Shown: piece after piece, positions 9,475 through 18,193 of the stretch
How positions within the stretch are numbered: the first letter of the stretch is position 1
How the letters are laid out: every line of letters starts with the position of its first letter
Source: an uncultured Bdellovibrio sp.
GTDB lineage: Bacteria > Bdellovibrionota > Bdellovibrionia > Bdellovibrionales > Bdellovibrionaceae
Assembly: GCA_963932905.1 (NCBI GenBank)
Contig: CAWVRN010000001.1
Span: 32,001-96,000 of the forward strand
Reading direction: 5' to 3'
DNA length: 64,000 bases
Notes under the pieces: model-generated
What the model saw: only the letters and a program-made list of their open reading frames with translations
What the model was told of the DNA's origin: nothing
The model's database searches: none
Position numbers and translations under genes: made by a program

Positions 9475-10487
9475 AACGTCTCGTATTTTTTCTCTAAAGC
9501 TCCAGAATCAATCAATACATTGGTAAATGTTTTGAATTCAGGAAAGCCCGCTAAACTTTTAATAACTTTTTTTAGCGTTGGGGTTAAATATTTTAAATAG
9601 CGTCTATCATCACGTTGATGGAAAAAACTAGCAAAACTACCACAGGCTTTGAAACATCGCTGAATCGACTGCAATTCATAAATATAATTGAAGTGAGCCA
9701 AATCGAAAGTCTTTTTGTATTCCTTAGCACGTTCAAAATAATAATTCAAAATTTTCTGCCCGTATTCGTCCGTAATATCCACGTAGGAATCTTTAATTAA
9801 ACTGACTAAATCATACTGCACAGGACCCATGCGGGCATCTTGGAAATCGATGACACACATTTTGTCGAACTTAATCATTAGATTTCTCGAATGATAATCA
9901 CGATGAGAAATATATTTTGGTTCCTTATGTAGAGTTTCAGAAATTTTAGTAAACAGCGCTACGATTTCTGATTCAACCTTTGGCGACATCTCAAAACCGA
10001 GAACACCTTTGATCAAATTGTCTTTACCGTAGTTCATCTCCCAAACAAATTTTTCAGTGTTAAATTCGATATCAAAAGCCGTGCAGGGTTTCTTTAGAGT
10101 CGATGCTGCAAAGTGGATTTTAATAATTTCATCGATAGCTAATTTGTAAAGAGCAAATGACGTTTCAGATTCTCTTTGTTCCCAAAACTTTCTTTCTAGC
10201 GTTAAGTCACCTAAATCTTCAAGCAGAACTAATCCATCACTTGCAGACATATCTATAATTTTAGGAACGTGAACGCCTGATTCGGCAAAATGGTTAAGCA
10301 CACTGATGAATGGATATTTTTCCGGCTGAAATGGGTCCCATTTCATCAACACTAGCGACTGATTGTCGACGGCAACACGATAATATTTTCGAGTAGACGC
10401 ATCGCCCGCTAGCTGAATGACTTTAAAATCGGATTTCTTCAGTGATTTTTCTAAAAAAAGTTGCACGCTTTCGTCCTTGATTAACAA
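9471..10487 (-). CDS. amgK: anomeric MurNAc/GlcNAc kinase (APH family), AmgK-like
   Basis: LAGDASTRKYYR, LLEDLGD, HRDYHSRNLM, IDFQDA..GP..YDLVSL motifs typical of AmgK. Confidence 0.8.
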   Translation of the reverse strand: MLIKDESVQLFLEKSLKKSDFKVIQLAGDASTRKYYRVAVDNQSLVLMKWDPFQPEKYPFISVLNHFAESGVHVPKIIDMSASDGLVLLEDLGDLTLERKFWEQRESETSFALYKLAIDEIIKIHFAASTLKKPCTAFDIEFNTEKFVWEMNYGKDNLIKGVLGFEMSPKVESEIVALFTKISETLHKEPKYISHRDYHSRNLMIKFDKMCVIDFQDARMGPVQYDLVSLIKDSYVDITDEYGQKILNYYFERAKEYKKTFDLAHFNYIYELQSIQRCFKACGSFASFFHQRDDRRYLKYLTPTLKKVIKSLAGFPEFKTFTNVLIDSGALEKKYETL

Positions 10488-10595
10488 TTGAGTACTCCAA
10501 ATTTGAGTCTAGATTTTGGTCCAGCTTCTCGCCGGACCAATACACTCTATTATTATCAAAAGTATTACTCAACTGTGTCAACTGATCACGTTTTT

Positions 10596-11417
10596 CTAGG
10601 CCTCAAAAAATAGGATTTCGACGGCTTCTTTCAATTTAGCGTATGTTAAAGGAGCTCGGTTAACTTCAAACGTTTGCTCATTCATTACCAAAACCATTTC
10701 ACTAGCAATACCTGGATGTGTTGCTAGTTCGCTAAGACCGACCTGGCTGCCAACAATGATCAAAGGTTCTTCGCTGCTGCCCGAGTTAGATTGCGCTTTA
10801 TAATCAGAAATCAACTTTTGTTCTTCCAGCGTCAACGCCAAAACATCCTCGATAAATACCGTGATGTTACCCAAGTTTCTAATCGTCTCAAGAGACTTAA
10901 ATTCATTTCTTACATTTTCGTAAGGTAGAAAAGCCCAGCGTTTATCAATTTCGTGAATTTGGTGTGCCACTTTGAAAACGATTTCTTTAATGCCGTTCAA
11001 GTGAATTACATGTGAAATAATATTTGAGACTTCAGACGATGATTGAACGTGTCTAATTCCAAAATCATCAATGGAATCTTCCGTCATGCTTCCAATGCCC
11101 GAGGCTTTCAAGTTGTTTTCATGCAGCGTTTGGTATTGAGAATAGAACACTGGGATCAACGTCATTTTAACCAAAGTAGAAATTGAATTGATATTCCTAT
11201 CATCAATTTCTTTAGCATCGGGAACTATGGCCGTTCCTAAATAAGTTTCGTCTTGAAATATTGGAATTATCAAGTCTGAATTTTTAAAAAAGAAATCAGA
11301 GTCAGGCCCGACTGATTTCAAATCAGTGAGCCTGCTGATCTCTAGCCCCTTACCGAATCGATTTTTTAAAATCGATTTTAACTTATTAATAGATGATTGA
11401 TCATCTATTCGTACCAT
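10596..11417 (-). CDS. degenerate sigma54-activator-like protein lacking Walker A, GAFTGA and HTH
   Basis: VIHLNG..KVAHQIH..R.AF and TVFIEDVLALTLEEQKLI align by eye with bEBP AAA+ motifs; N-terminus resembles that of 12315..13886. Confidence 0.6.
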   Translation of the reverse strand: MVRIDDQSSINKLKSILKNRFGKGLEISRLTDLKSVGPDSDFFFKNSDLIIPIFQDETYLGTAIVPDAKEIDDRNINSISTLVKMTLIPVFYSQYQTLHENNLKASGIGSMTEDSIDDFGIRHVQSSSEVSNIISHVIHLNGIKEIVFKVAHQIHEIDKRWAFLPYENVRNEFKSLETIRNLGNITVFIEDVLALTLEEQKLISDYKAQSNSGSSEEPLIIVGSQVGLSELATHPGIASEMVLVMNEQTFEVNRAPLTYAKLKEAVEILFFEA

Positions 11418-11843
11418 AACATCCCCTATATCGAAATCTGATCAACTTACTACCAGCCAGAATTTCGACCCCAAATTTATTTAGACTTCACCCACGAAGT
11501 CGTTCGTTGTTATACTTCCTTTACATTTCTCATGCCGTTCATAGTCACATTAACTATGAAAAATTTGTAAGACGAAAAGGTTAAATAAGTACCTTGTTTT
11601 GAAGTGTTTTTCGGCTAGAAAAAAAGTCCTGTAAACAGATTAGACAAAAATGCGGTTGATACGCTGTTTTTGATATTGATAGATTTAAGAACTATCGCGA
11701 AAAATTTTCTTAATTCGCCGGAATTAGCCTATTTGAAAATCTGTGAACAGAACCAACAACGTAAGTATTTTCTATATATATCCAAATTTTTACGAGCGTA
11801 ATTCGAAAATTAGTATTATGAAGACCTTTATCAAGAGGTTTAT

Positions 11844-12260
11844 ATGAAACTATTATTAGCAATTATCTTTGTATTGGTAGGAACAACTCAAGCTAGCCAG
11901 CATTACTGGAAGTATGGGAACGAGGCCGGCAGCCTTTATTATTGGAAATATGGTCAGGGACCCGGCAGTGAATACTTTTGGAAATACGGCCAGGGTGCCG
12001 GCAGTTATTATTTTTGGAAGTATGGCCAAACAAATGGAAGCCAATACTACTGGAAATATGGAAATGAAGTTGGAAGCGAGTATTTTTGGAAATATGGAAC
12101 AACAGCTGGAAGCCAGCAATTTTTAAAGTACGGCAACATGGCGGGCAGCCAGTATTTCCTTAAGTATGGAAATACTACGACAGGATTCATTGAATTGATG
12201 GCCGTCTGTTTAACAAAAACGGCAGAGTTACCTTTCTGCCAAATCTATCCAACGCCATAA
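11844..12260 (+). CDS. small exported protein made of 12-aa aromatic repeats
   Basis: RBS GAGG, 17-aa signal peptide, 8 x SxY[YF]WKYGxxxG, C-terminal Cys pair; terminator follows. Confidence 0.85.
   Translation: MKLLLAIIFVLVGTTQASQHYWKYGNEAGSLYYWKYGQGPGSEYFWKYGQGAGSYYFWKYGQTNGSQYYWKYGNEVGSEYFWKYGTTAGSQQFLKYGNMAGSQYFLKYGNTTTGFIELMAVCLTKTAELPFCQIYPTP
11895..12182 (+). repeat. coding tandem repeat, 8 x 36 bp
   Basis: In-frame units SQHYWKYGNEAG / SLYYWKYGQGPG / SEYFWKYGQGAG / SYYFWKYGQTNG / SQYYWKYGNEVG / SEYFWKYGTTAG / SQQFLKYGNMAG / SQYFLKYGNTTT, with synonymous divergence. Confidence 0.95.
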
Positions 12261-12263
12261 AAT

Positions 12264-12293
12264 AAAAAAACCCCGCCATTTCTGACGGGGTTT
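12264..12293. terminator. intrinsic terminator between convergent genes
   Basis: AAAAAAACCCCG...CGGGGTTT stem; long T-tract on the minus strand. Confidence 0.8.
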
Positions 12294-12314
12294 AAATTTA
12301 ATATTTAATAATAA

Positions 12315-13886
12315 CTAGGCGCGAGCAATTTTACGTTTATCTAAACCGTATTGCTGAACTTTATCGATCAAGTTCGCACGGCTTATACCCAGTTCTTTCG
12401 CCAATTTCGATTTGTTCCATCCAGTTCTACGTAAACCTTCACGGATCATTTCGCGCTCTAGTTCTTGGATAGCATCTTTCAAACGACCTTGAAGACGAGC
12501 ACCTTGAACTTTGTTTGTTTCAGACGCTTCTAGGATTTTTGGAGACAGTAATTCTGCAGTGATCTTAGTTTCTGCGCCTGATAAGACATACACGCGTTCG
12601 ATTTCATTTTGCAATTCACGAACGTTACCTGGCCAAGCATAATCATAAAGTTTTTCTAACGCACGGTTAGTTAACACCTTAGTAACACCACCAGCATGCT
12701 TTTGTTCTGATACTTTCTTCATGAAATAGTCTACTAGGTAAGGGATATCTTCTTTGCGTTCTCTCATTGGAGGTACGCGAAGGTTGATGATGTTTAAACG
12801 ATAGTACAAGTCCTCACGGAATGTGCCCGCATCAATCATTTCTTTTAAATTTTTATTAGTAGCTGCGATAATACGCACATCCACTTTTCTAGTTTCCGTA
12901 GAACCCACTGGCATGAAAGTACCTTCTTGGATTACACGAAGTAGTTTTACTTGCATTGAAGGCGATATATCCCCGACTTCATCCAGGAACAATGTACCTT
13001 TATCTGCTGTTTCAAAAAGACCTTTTCTGTCTTTTACTGAACCCGTGTACGCGCCTCTCATAGCACCGAATAATTCGGCTTCTAACAAATTATCATTGAT
13101 CGCTGTAAAGTTTTGCGCCACGAACGCTTTATCTTTTCTAACTGAATGGTAGTGGATTGATTTTGCAATCAGTTCCTTACCCGTACCGTTCTCACCTTGG
13201 ATAAGAACAGTTGTTTCAGAACCTTTGATTTTATCTAGTAAATTGTAAAGTTCCTGCATTGGTTTAGATTTACCAATCATTGAATCGTAACGGAAACGTT
13301 TACCTAGTTCGTTATTCAATTCACGGATGCGGTCATCACGTTTAGTGATTTCCAAATGAAGAGTCACGATCTCTTGAGCCACTAATTCACAAAGCTCACT
13401 GAAGTGATTTCTTTCATGGTCATCTAAATATTTAAGTCTTGAAACTAATTTTTCAATGTAGTCAGCTGGAACACCGAAAGCCGCCAAACGTTCGCGAACT
13501 TCTGGTAGTCTTTGAGTTGCTTGGTCATCTTTGAAATAACCCACACCAACCACTGTACCTACACAATCGTTTTCGATCATGATTGGAAACACGCCAACAT
13601 CAAAGCCGGTCATATCCCATTTTTTCAATGCGAATCTATTATTAGAAGTTTTCAAATCATCTAATGTTTTAGTGATAACTTCACATAGACTTGCTTTACC
13701 TGATTCTTTTTCAACAAGGTAGCCTACCGCCGGATTGTGAAAAACAGTCTTCGTGTTTTCCAAACCTTTGATTTCACCACGCTCGTCTGTGAATACCACA
13801 TCGATATTCCACCATGAATTCAAAATCTGTTTTAACTTTTTGATCACGTGAATGTGTTCAAATTCATTCCAGTTAATCATCGACAT
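12315..13886 (-). CDS. sigma54-dependent enhancer-binding protein (PocR/GAF-like sensor, AAA+, Fis HTH)
   Basis: GENGTGKE Walker A, ELFG..RGAYTGS, TLFLDEV, FREDLYYRLN, WPGNVREL, C-terminal NKSKLAKELGISR. Confidence 0.95.
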   Translation of the reverse strand: MSMINWNEFEHIHVIKKLKQILNSWWNIDVVFTDERGEIKGLENTKTVFHNPAVGYLVEKESGKASLCEVITKTLDDLKTSNNRFALKKWDMTGFDVGVFPIMIENDCVGTVVGVGYFKDDQATQRLPEVRERLAAFGVPADYIEKLVSRLKYLDDHERNHFSELCELVAQEIVTLHLEITKRDDRIRELNNELGKRFRYDSMIGKSKPMQELYNLLDKIKGSETTVLIQGENGTGKELIAKSIHYHSVRKDKAFVAQNFTAINDNLLEAELFGAMRGAYTGSVKDRKGLFETADKGTLFLDEVGDISPSMQVKLLRVIQEGTFMPVGSTETRKVDVRIIAATNKNLKEMIDAGTFREDLYYRLNIINLRVPPMRERKEDIPYLVDYFMKKVSEQKHAGGVTKVLTNRALEKLYDYAWPGNVRELQNEIERVYVLSGAETKITAELLSPKILEASETNKVQGARLQGRLKDAIQELEREMIREGLRRTGWNKSKLAKELGISRANLIDKVQQYGLDKRKIARA

Positions 13887-13920
13887 AATGACTCCTTCGG
13901 TCTGTATATTCTCAAGTCAC

Positions 13921-13948
13921 CTATCGTCTAACTTTTAAACAAACTTAA
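13921..13948 (-). promoter_or_regulatory. sigma28 (FliA)-type promoter candidate
   Basis: Minus strand TTAAG-N15-GACGATAG, about 35 nt upstream of the bEBP start. Confidence 0.5.
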
Positions 13949-14128
13949 GGGGCGATTCAAAAAAACTCTAATGCCTTTAAAATCGATTTGAATATGCTGA
14001 CCTAGACCTTTGTCCTAATGAACAAGTATCGTTTATAGTGACAGACTTGAAATTTCTTCAGGAAAAAGTGCGCGAACTAAGTTCTATTGGATCTGCTAAG
14101 GCACTCATTTTGATGAGTATTTTGCATT

Positions 14129-15463
14129 ATGGAATTAACTCCTTTACGCGAAAATTTTGTTACGAAAAGCATAGAACCTAAATCCGAAGCTTTAACGTCA
14201 GAACACCAGTTAAGCTTTGATGATTTTTTTGCGGAAGAAGATAATGCCGCAAAGCTGGCGTTGATTCCATACACTGACTATCATTTGATCAACGCGAAAG
14301 AATTCACGTTTCCAAAACGTCGTTTTTTTATTTTGTCCGTTATCACTCATTTAATCATTGTTGCCTGGGCGCTAACGATCGTCGTTCAGAAAATGCAGAA
14401 ACCAGAAATCGTTGAAGTAGAATACGTATCTGCAGCGGAAGCCGCTGCTCCAGCACCAATGACTTATGCGCCCGTAGAAACGGCCCCTGTGGCGGACATC
14501 CCGCCGGTCGAACAAGCGACACCACAAGAACCTGTGGTTGTGGTTAAACCGGCCGCAAAAGCGTTGACTAAATCTACAACTAAATCACCGACTAAAACAA
14601 AGACACCGGCGCCAAAAGCAGTATTAAGAACGAAACCAAGTCATTTATCGTCAGCATCCTCATCGCGCGCAAAAACAGAAGCAATATCACATGTTGAGCC
14701 AATGGCGGACATCAGTGACATCGCAGTTCCTATGTTAAGCGAAGCAAATTCAAATGAAGTTGCTCATATGTCCACAAAAGAAATTGAAAATGATTTTGAT
14801 AGAATCGACGAAGATCAAAACTCAAAATTAATGGCCGCCGTGCAAGATGATAAAAAAATGTTAGACGAATCAGCGGCTGAACTGGATCAAACAACTCAAG
14901 CTGTGGCCAGTGAAGAAGCCTCTGAATTAGAAAACGCGGCTGCGGAAAAATTAAGAAATTTAAATGCACAAAAAGCAGAGCTTAAAAAAGCTCGTCAAGC
15001 AGCAGGCCCGACTGGCGCACCAGACGTTAGCGCTTCTACATTAGCTGCAGAACGTGCCGCTAAGAACGCAAAGTCAGCTGGCAATGGGACTGGTAAAAGT
15101 GAAAAATCAGAATCATCTGCAGGCACAGCTCATGGTGTAGGATCAGAAAGCGAAGGTATTGTTAGAAAGCTTGAAGATCTAAGGCAGAAACCAGGCAATC
15201 CACGACCTAATTACGATGTGCAAGATCGCGTGAACGGCCTATCTGGTACGATCATTATAAATGCATACGTTACTAAAGAAGGAAATCTAACACTGTTCCG
15301 ATTGATTCAATCGACAGGTCATAGAAATCTAGATCGCAAAACTCTAACTGCATTAAAAGAGTGGAAGTTTTATCCAGGCCAAGAAGGTTGGGTGGAATTA
15401 CCATTTAAATGGGATCTAAAGGGCGGCGCTCAACAGAAGCCAACCCTTTTACAACGTAGATAG
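14129..15463 (+). CDS. TonB-family energy transducer (TM helix, Pro/Lys-rich and acidic linker, TonB C-terminal domain)
   Basis: TM with S-x3-H (SVITH); C-terminal PNY...GTI...STG...LD..L.AL.EWKFYPG motif. Confidence 0.85.
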   Translation: MELTPLRENFVTKSIEPKSEALTSEHQLSFDDFFAEEDNAAKLALIPYTDYHLINAKEFTFPKRRFFILSVITHLIIVAWALTIVVQKMQKPEIVEVEYVSAAEAAAPAPMTYAPVETAPVADIPPVEQATPQEPVVVVKPAAKALTKSTTKSPTKTKTPAPKAVLRTKPSHLSSASSSRAKTEAISHVEPMADISDIAVPMLSEANSNEVAHMSTKEIENDFDRIDEDQNSKLMAAVQDDKKMLDESAAELDQTTQAVASEEASELENAAAEKLRNLNAQKAELKKARQAAGPTGAPDVSASTLAAERAAKNAKSAGNGTGKSEKSESSAGTAHGVGSESEGIVRKLEDLRQKPGNPRPNYDVQDRVNGLSGTIIINAYVTKEGNLTLFRLIQSTGHRNLDRKTLTALKEWKFYPGQEGWVELPFKWDLKGGAQQKPTLLQRR

Positions 15464-15472
15464 TATTACAGA

Positions 15473-15598
15473 TTAACCGAAAAGTTCTTTATCAGTTTTA
15501 GAAGTGCCGTGATTTCTAAGTTTTGCTTTTCTTTTCACGCCTTTTCTTGTTAATTTTTTCTTTCTGATTGTCTCAGTTCTTTTAGTTTTTGAAGCCAT
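15473..15598 (-). CDS. 41-aa highly basic small protein (not in ORF track)
   Basis: MASKTKRTETIRKKKLTRKGVKRKAKLRNHGTSKTDKELFG*, RBS GGGAGA upstream of ATG, fills the intergenic gap. Confidence 0.75.
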   Translation of the reverse strand: MASKTKRTETIRKKKLTRKGVKRKAKLRNHGTSKTDKELFG

Positions 15599-15646
15599 GG
15601 TCCGCTCTCCCGTTAAATGTCATTTCAAACCCGAATGTCCGGATTA

Positions 15647-16453
15647 TCAAAAAGGAATACTTAAGTCAACGGAATGCCTGACTTCTGGCTCTGATCCCGT
15701 TTCGGTAAGGTAGGCGTAGTTCAGCTTGAATTTCGGCAGATCAAAGCCCCAGCCTACCGTAGCTATATCCACGATATTACTAAAGTTTTCTTGAAATCCC
15801 ACTCGCCAAGTCATCCAGCGATTTAGGTAATTTTCTACGCCAACCATGATTTGGCCGTCACTTATTTTATAATTATTCCCTGTCATGTAGTCGGCTCGGA
15901 AACGTAAAAAGCCCTTATAGATATAATGTGACCCGAATCCAACCTGAGGAGCCGTTCGGTCCCGAATCAACTCATTTCCCGATGCACCCACCAAATTGTA
16001 CCCCACAAACGCAAATCCTAAGTTATCCCGAGGAACAAATGACAAACCCAAATCCATGTTCGCGCGATTGGCAGATTGTTCATCTTTTTTGAATTGATAA
16101 AAACTGCCACTAATTCCAACCGAGATCTTTTTTCTGATCTTTTCTGCTAAAGATATTTTGAACGTGCGTTCGTTTTGATTTTGATAGTAGTACACGGAAG
16201 CTGGAATTGCTGTTTCTGGAGTGTTATCTGAAATCGCGTAGGCTGTTTCACCAGGCATATAGCGAGAATACAAGAAATATCCTCGTAAGTGAGCCAGATT
16301 GGCTGGGTTCAATGTGCTTACATCACCGGGTGCAACAGCGGCTCGGCCGGCACCACCTAAGCCTGCGGCTGTACTGCCCGTCATTTGTGATGTGCTTTCA
16401 AGAGATGCCCAAGATGATAAGCTCAAAAATAGAATAGCGATGATATTTCTCAT
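15647..16453 (-). CDS. putative outer-membrane beta-barrel protein
   Basis: Signal peptide, GLGGAGRA..NPANLA (FadL/PorV-like N-terminus), amphipathic strands, terminal Phe. Confidence 0.7.
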   Translation of the reverse strand: MRNIIAILFLSLSSWASLESTSQMTGSTAAGLGGAGRAAVAPGDVSTLNPANLAHLRGYFLYSRYMPGETAYAISDNTPETAIPASVYYYQNQNERTFKISLAEKIRKKISVGISGSFYQFKKDEQSANRANMDLGLSFVPRDNLGFAFVGYNLVGASGNELIRDRTAPQVGFGSHYIYKGFLRFRADYMTGNNYKISDGQIMVGVENYLNRWMTWRVGFQENFSNIVDIATVGWGFDLPKFKLNYAYLTETGSEPEVRHSVDLSIPF

Positions 16454-16528
16454 TTAAGAATTATCACACCAGAATCAAATCAATGTCCAATATTTCATCA
16501 ACGACTTGTGACAATAGTGACGCAGGTG

Positions 16529-18097
16529 TTATCGCTTAGTACATACGGTAACAAATTCGTTACACCATTCGATAGGTAAAACTCCGTCGTACTTCTGATT
16601 CGCTTTATAATAGCTAGAATCAAATTGGTGAAAGCAGCCTTTGTTAACAGCGTTAGCGACCTTGTATTTTCCAAAGTAAGAGCCATCAGATGTGATGCTT
16701 TGTGCGTTATCTTGGTAACAGCTAAACTTCTTTGGCACTACGCAACCCACTTCAAGATTGATATCCCAATCACTGGCCGGCAGGTGACGTCTAACCATTT
16801 CTAAAATCTCTGCATAAGTTTTACCCGCAAAGGCACCAGTTCCATAAAGTGATGTTTGTGGAGGCACATTCATTAGCTTCAAGTAGTCCATCTTTGGACA
16901 GAAGCCAGCTTTTACATCTCCGGCTCCGCGGCCGTAATAAACAGCTTGAGTCGCAATAATTTCTTCTTTGCGAGTCGCTTTGTCCGCCGCTGCGATACTA
17001 GCATCCGCAGCAACGGCGGCATCAACAGCACTTACTAACGTAGCCCACTCAAACTGAGCATCTTCAGCTCGTACAATTTTTAGTTTCAAATTACAATCCC
17101 AAGTCGTATCGGCTACTGCTTTACCTGTTTCTAAATCATACTCTTCAACTTTGGAAACCACATTATTAGGATGGTAGGCCCAACTAGACGGAGTCCCTCC
17201 ATATAGAGTTGGTATCGAGAATGTCATTTGATAACCGCGACCATAAGCCGTCGACATAACATCAGTCGTAGTCGTTTCGGGAGTAATCAACACACCTTCG
17301 CCGTCGTATGAAAAACCCAATACGAGTTGCGCATCGATATTTCCAATTTTGTTGAATGCATTTCGATAATCTTCAGCTGTTTGTTCATTGGTGTTAAAAT
17401 GAAAACCCGCTTCAATGCGGTTTTGCGAATTGCTAGCGCCCGAAAAAAAGTCGGCATATTCAATTTTAGTTTTTTTAGGAAAGCTGTTCGCTAAAAGAGT
17501 ATCTGCCCATGTTGGATTTGCCAAATCGCCTAATGCGGTAATAACATCGATACCGATAGAAGGAGTGTTTGTTTTGCTGTATACGTTATTTAATCGTAGG
17601 CCTTTATTGATGGAACGAACAGACAACTGAGGCAGAACTTTCGAATTGAGTTCTGAGTCTGCTAACAACCGTTGTACCTGAGACGCAACGATGTCTGGAT
17701 TTGGATAGTCAGGCTTCAAAACCTCGTATGCATAATTGATAAAATCAGAACGAATTTTAACACCTGATTTTGGAACAATAGACGACTGACCAACAATTCC
17801 ACCATTAGAGTTTTTAGAATCGTAACTACCAGCTAAAAAGTTAAATGTTTTACCTTGGGAACTTGGCGCATTACATGAGTTATAAGTGATCATATCGACA
17901 GCAGCTTCATACGCGAAAGGTGCACTAGATGCGGGATTCACCGACTGTGACGAGGTATCTGTTGTGCCGGAATCAAAACCCGCCTTGCCACAGTTTTGAA
18001 ACCCAACGACCAAAATGATGGATAATAGAGCAATAGAAGTTGCCGACATAGTTATCCTACTGCGGAATAACTGTCCAATACGAGTAGTTAACGGCAT
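16529..18097 (-). CDS. Cys-containing lipoprotein with FQNC lipobox
   Basis: Hydrophobic leader ending VVGFQNC; RBS GAGGGGAG before ATG 18097. Confidence 0.8.
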   Translation of the reverse strand: MPLTTRIGQLFRSRITMSATSIALLSIILVVGFQNCGKAGFDSGTTDTSSQSVNPASSAPFAYEAAVDMITYNSCNAPSSQGKTFNFLAGSYDSKNSNGGIVGQSSIVPKSGVKIRSDFINYAYEVLKPDYPNPDIVASQVQRLLADSELNSKVLPQLSVRSINKGLRLNNVYSKTNTPSIGIDVITALGDLANPTWADTLLANSFPKKTKIEYADFFSGASNSQNRIEAGFHFNTNEQTAEDYRNAFNKIGNIDAQLVLGFSYDGEGVLITPETTTTDVMSTAYGRGYQMTFSIPTLYGGTPSSWAYHPNNVVSKVEEYDLETGKAVADTTWDCNLKLKIVRAEDAQFEWATLVSAVDAAVAADASIAAADKATRKEEIIATQAVYYGRGAGDVKAGFCPKMDYLKLMNVPPQTSLYGTGAFAGKTYAEILEMVRRHLPASDWDINLEVGCVVPKKFSCYQDNAQSITSDGSYFGKYKVANAVNKGCFHQFDSSYYKANQKYDGVLPIEWCNEFVTVCTKR

Positions 18098-18193
18098 GAA
18101 TTCTCCCCTCCCTAAATGATAACACATTTTGTCTTTCTACTATAATGGGATTAATACTTGCCTCATTTTAAAACGTTTGAGATTTTTAAGGCC

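Noticed and set aside
11895..12182. 36-bp periodic repeats as a CRISPR array
   Set aside because: Units are contiguous and in frame, vary at synonymous positions, have no unique spacers, and no cas genes are present.
11844..12260. RiPP cluster with the radical SAM at 61950..63224 as maturase
   Set aside because: The two are 50 kb apart; that enzyme has a DNA-binding HhH and no SPASM/RRE features, and the repeat protein has a Sec signal.
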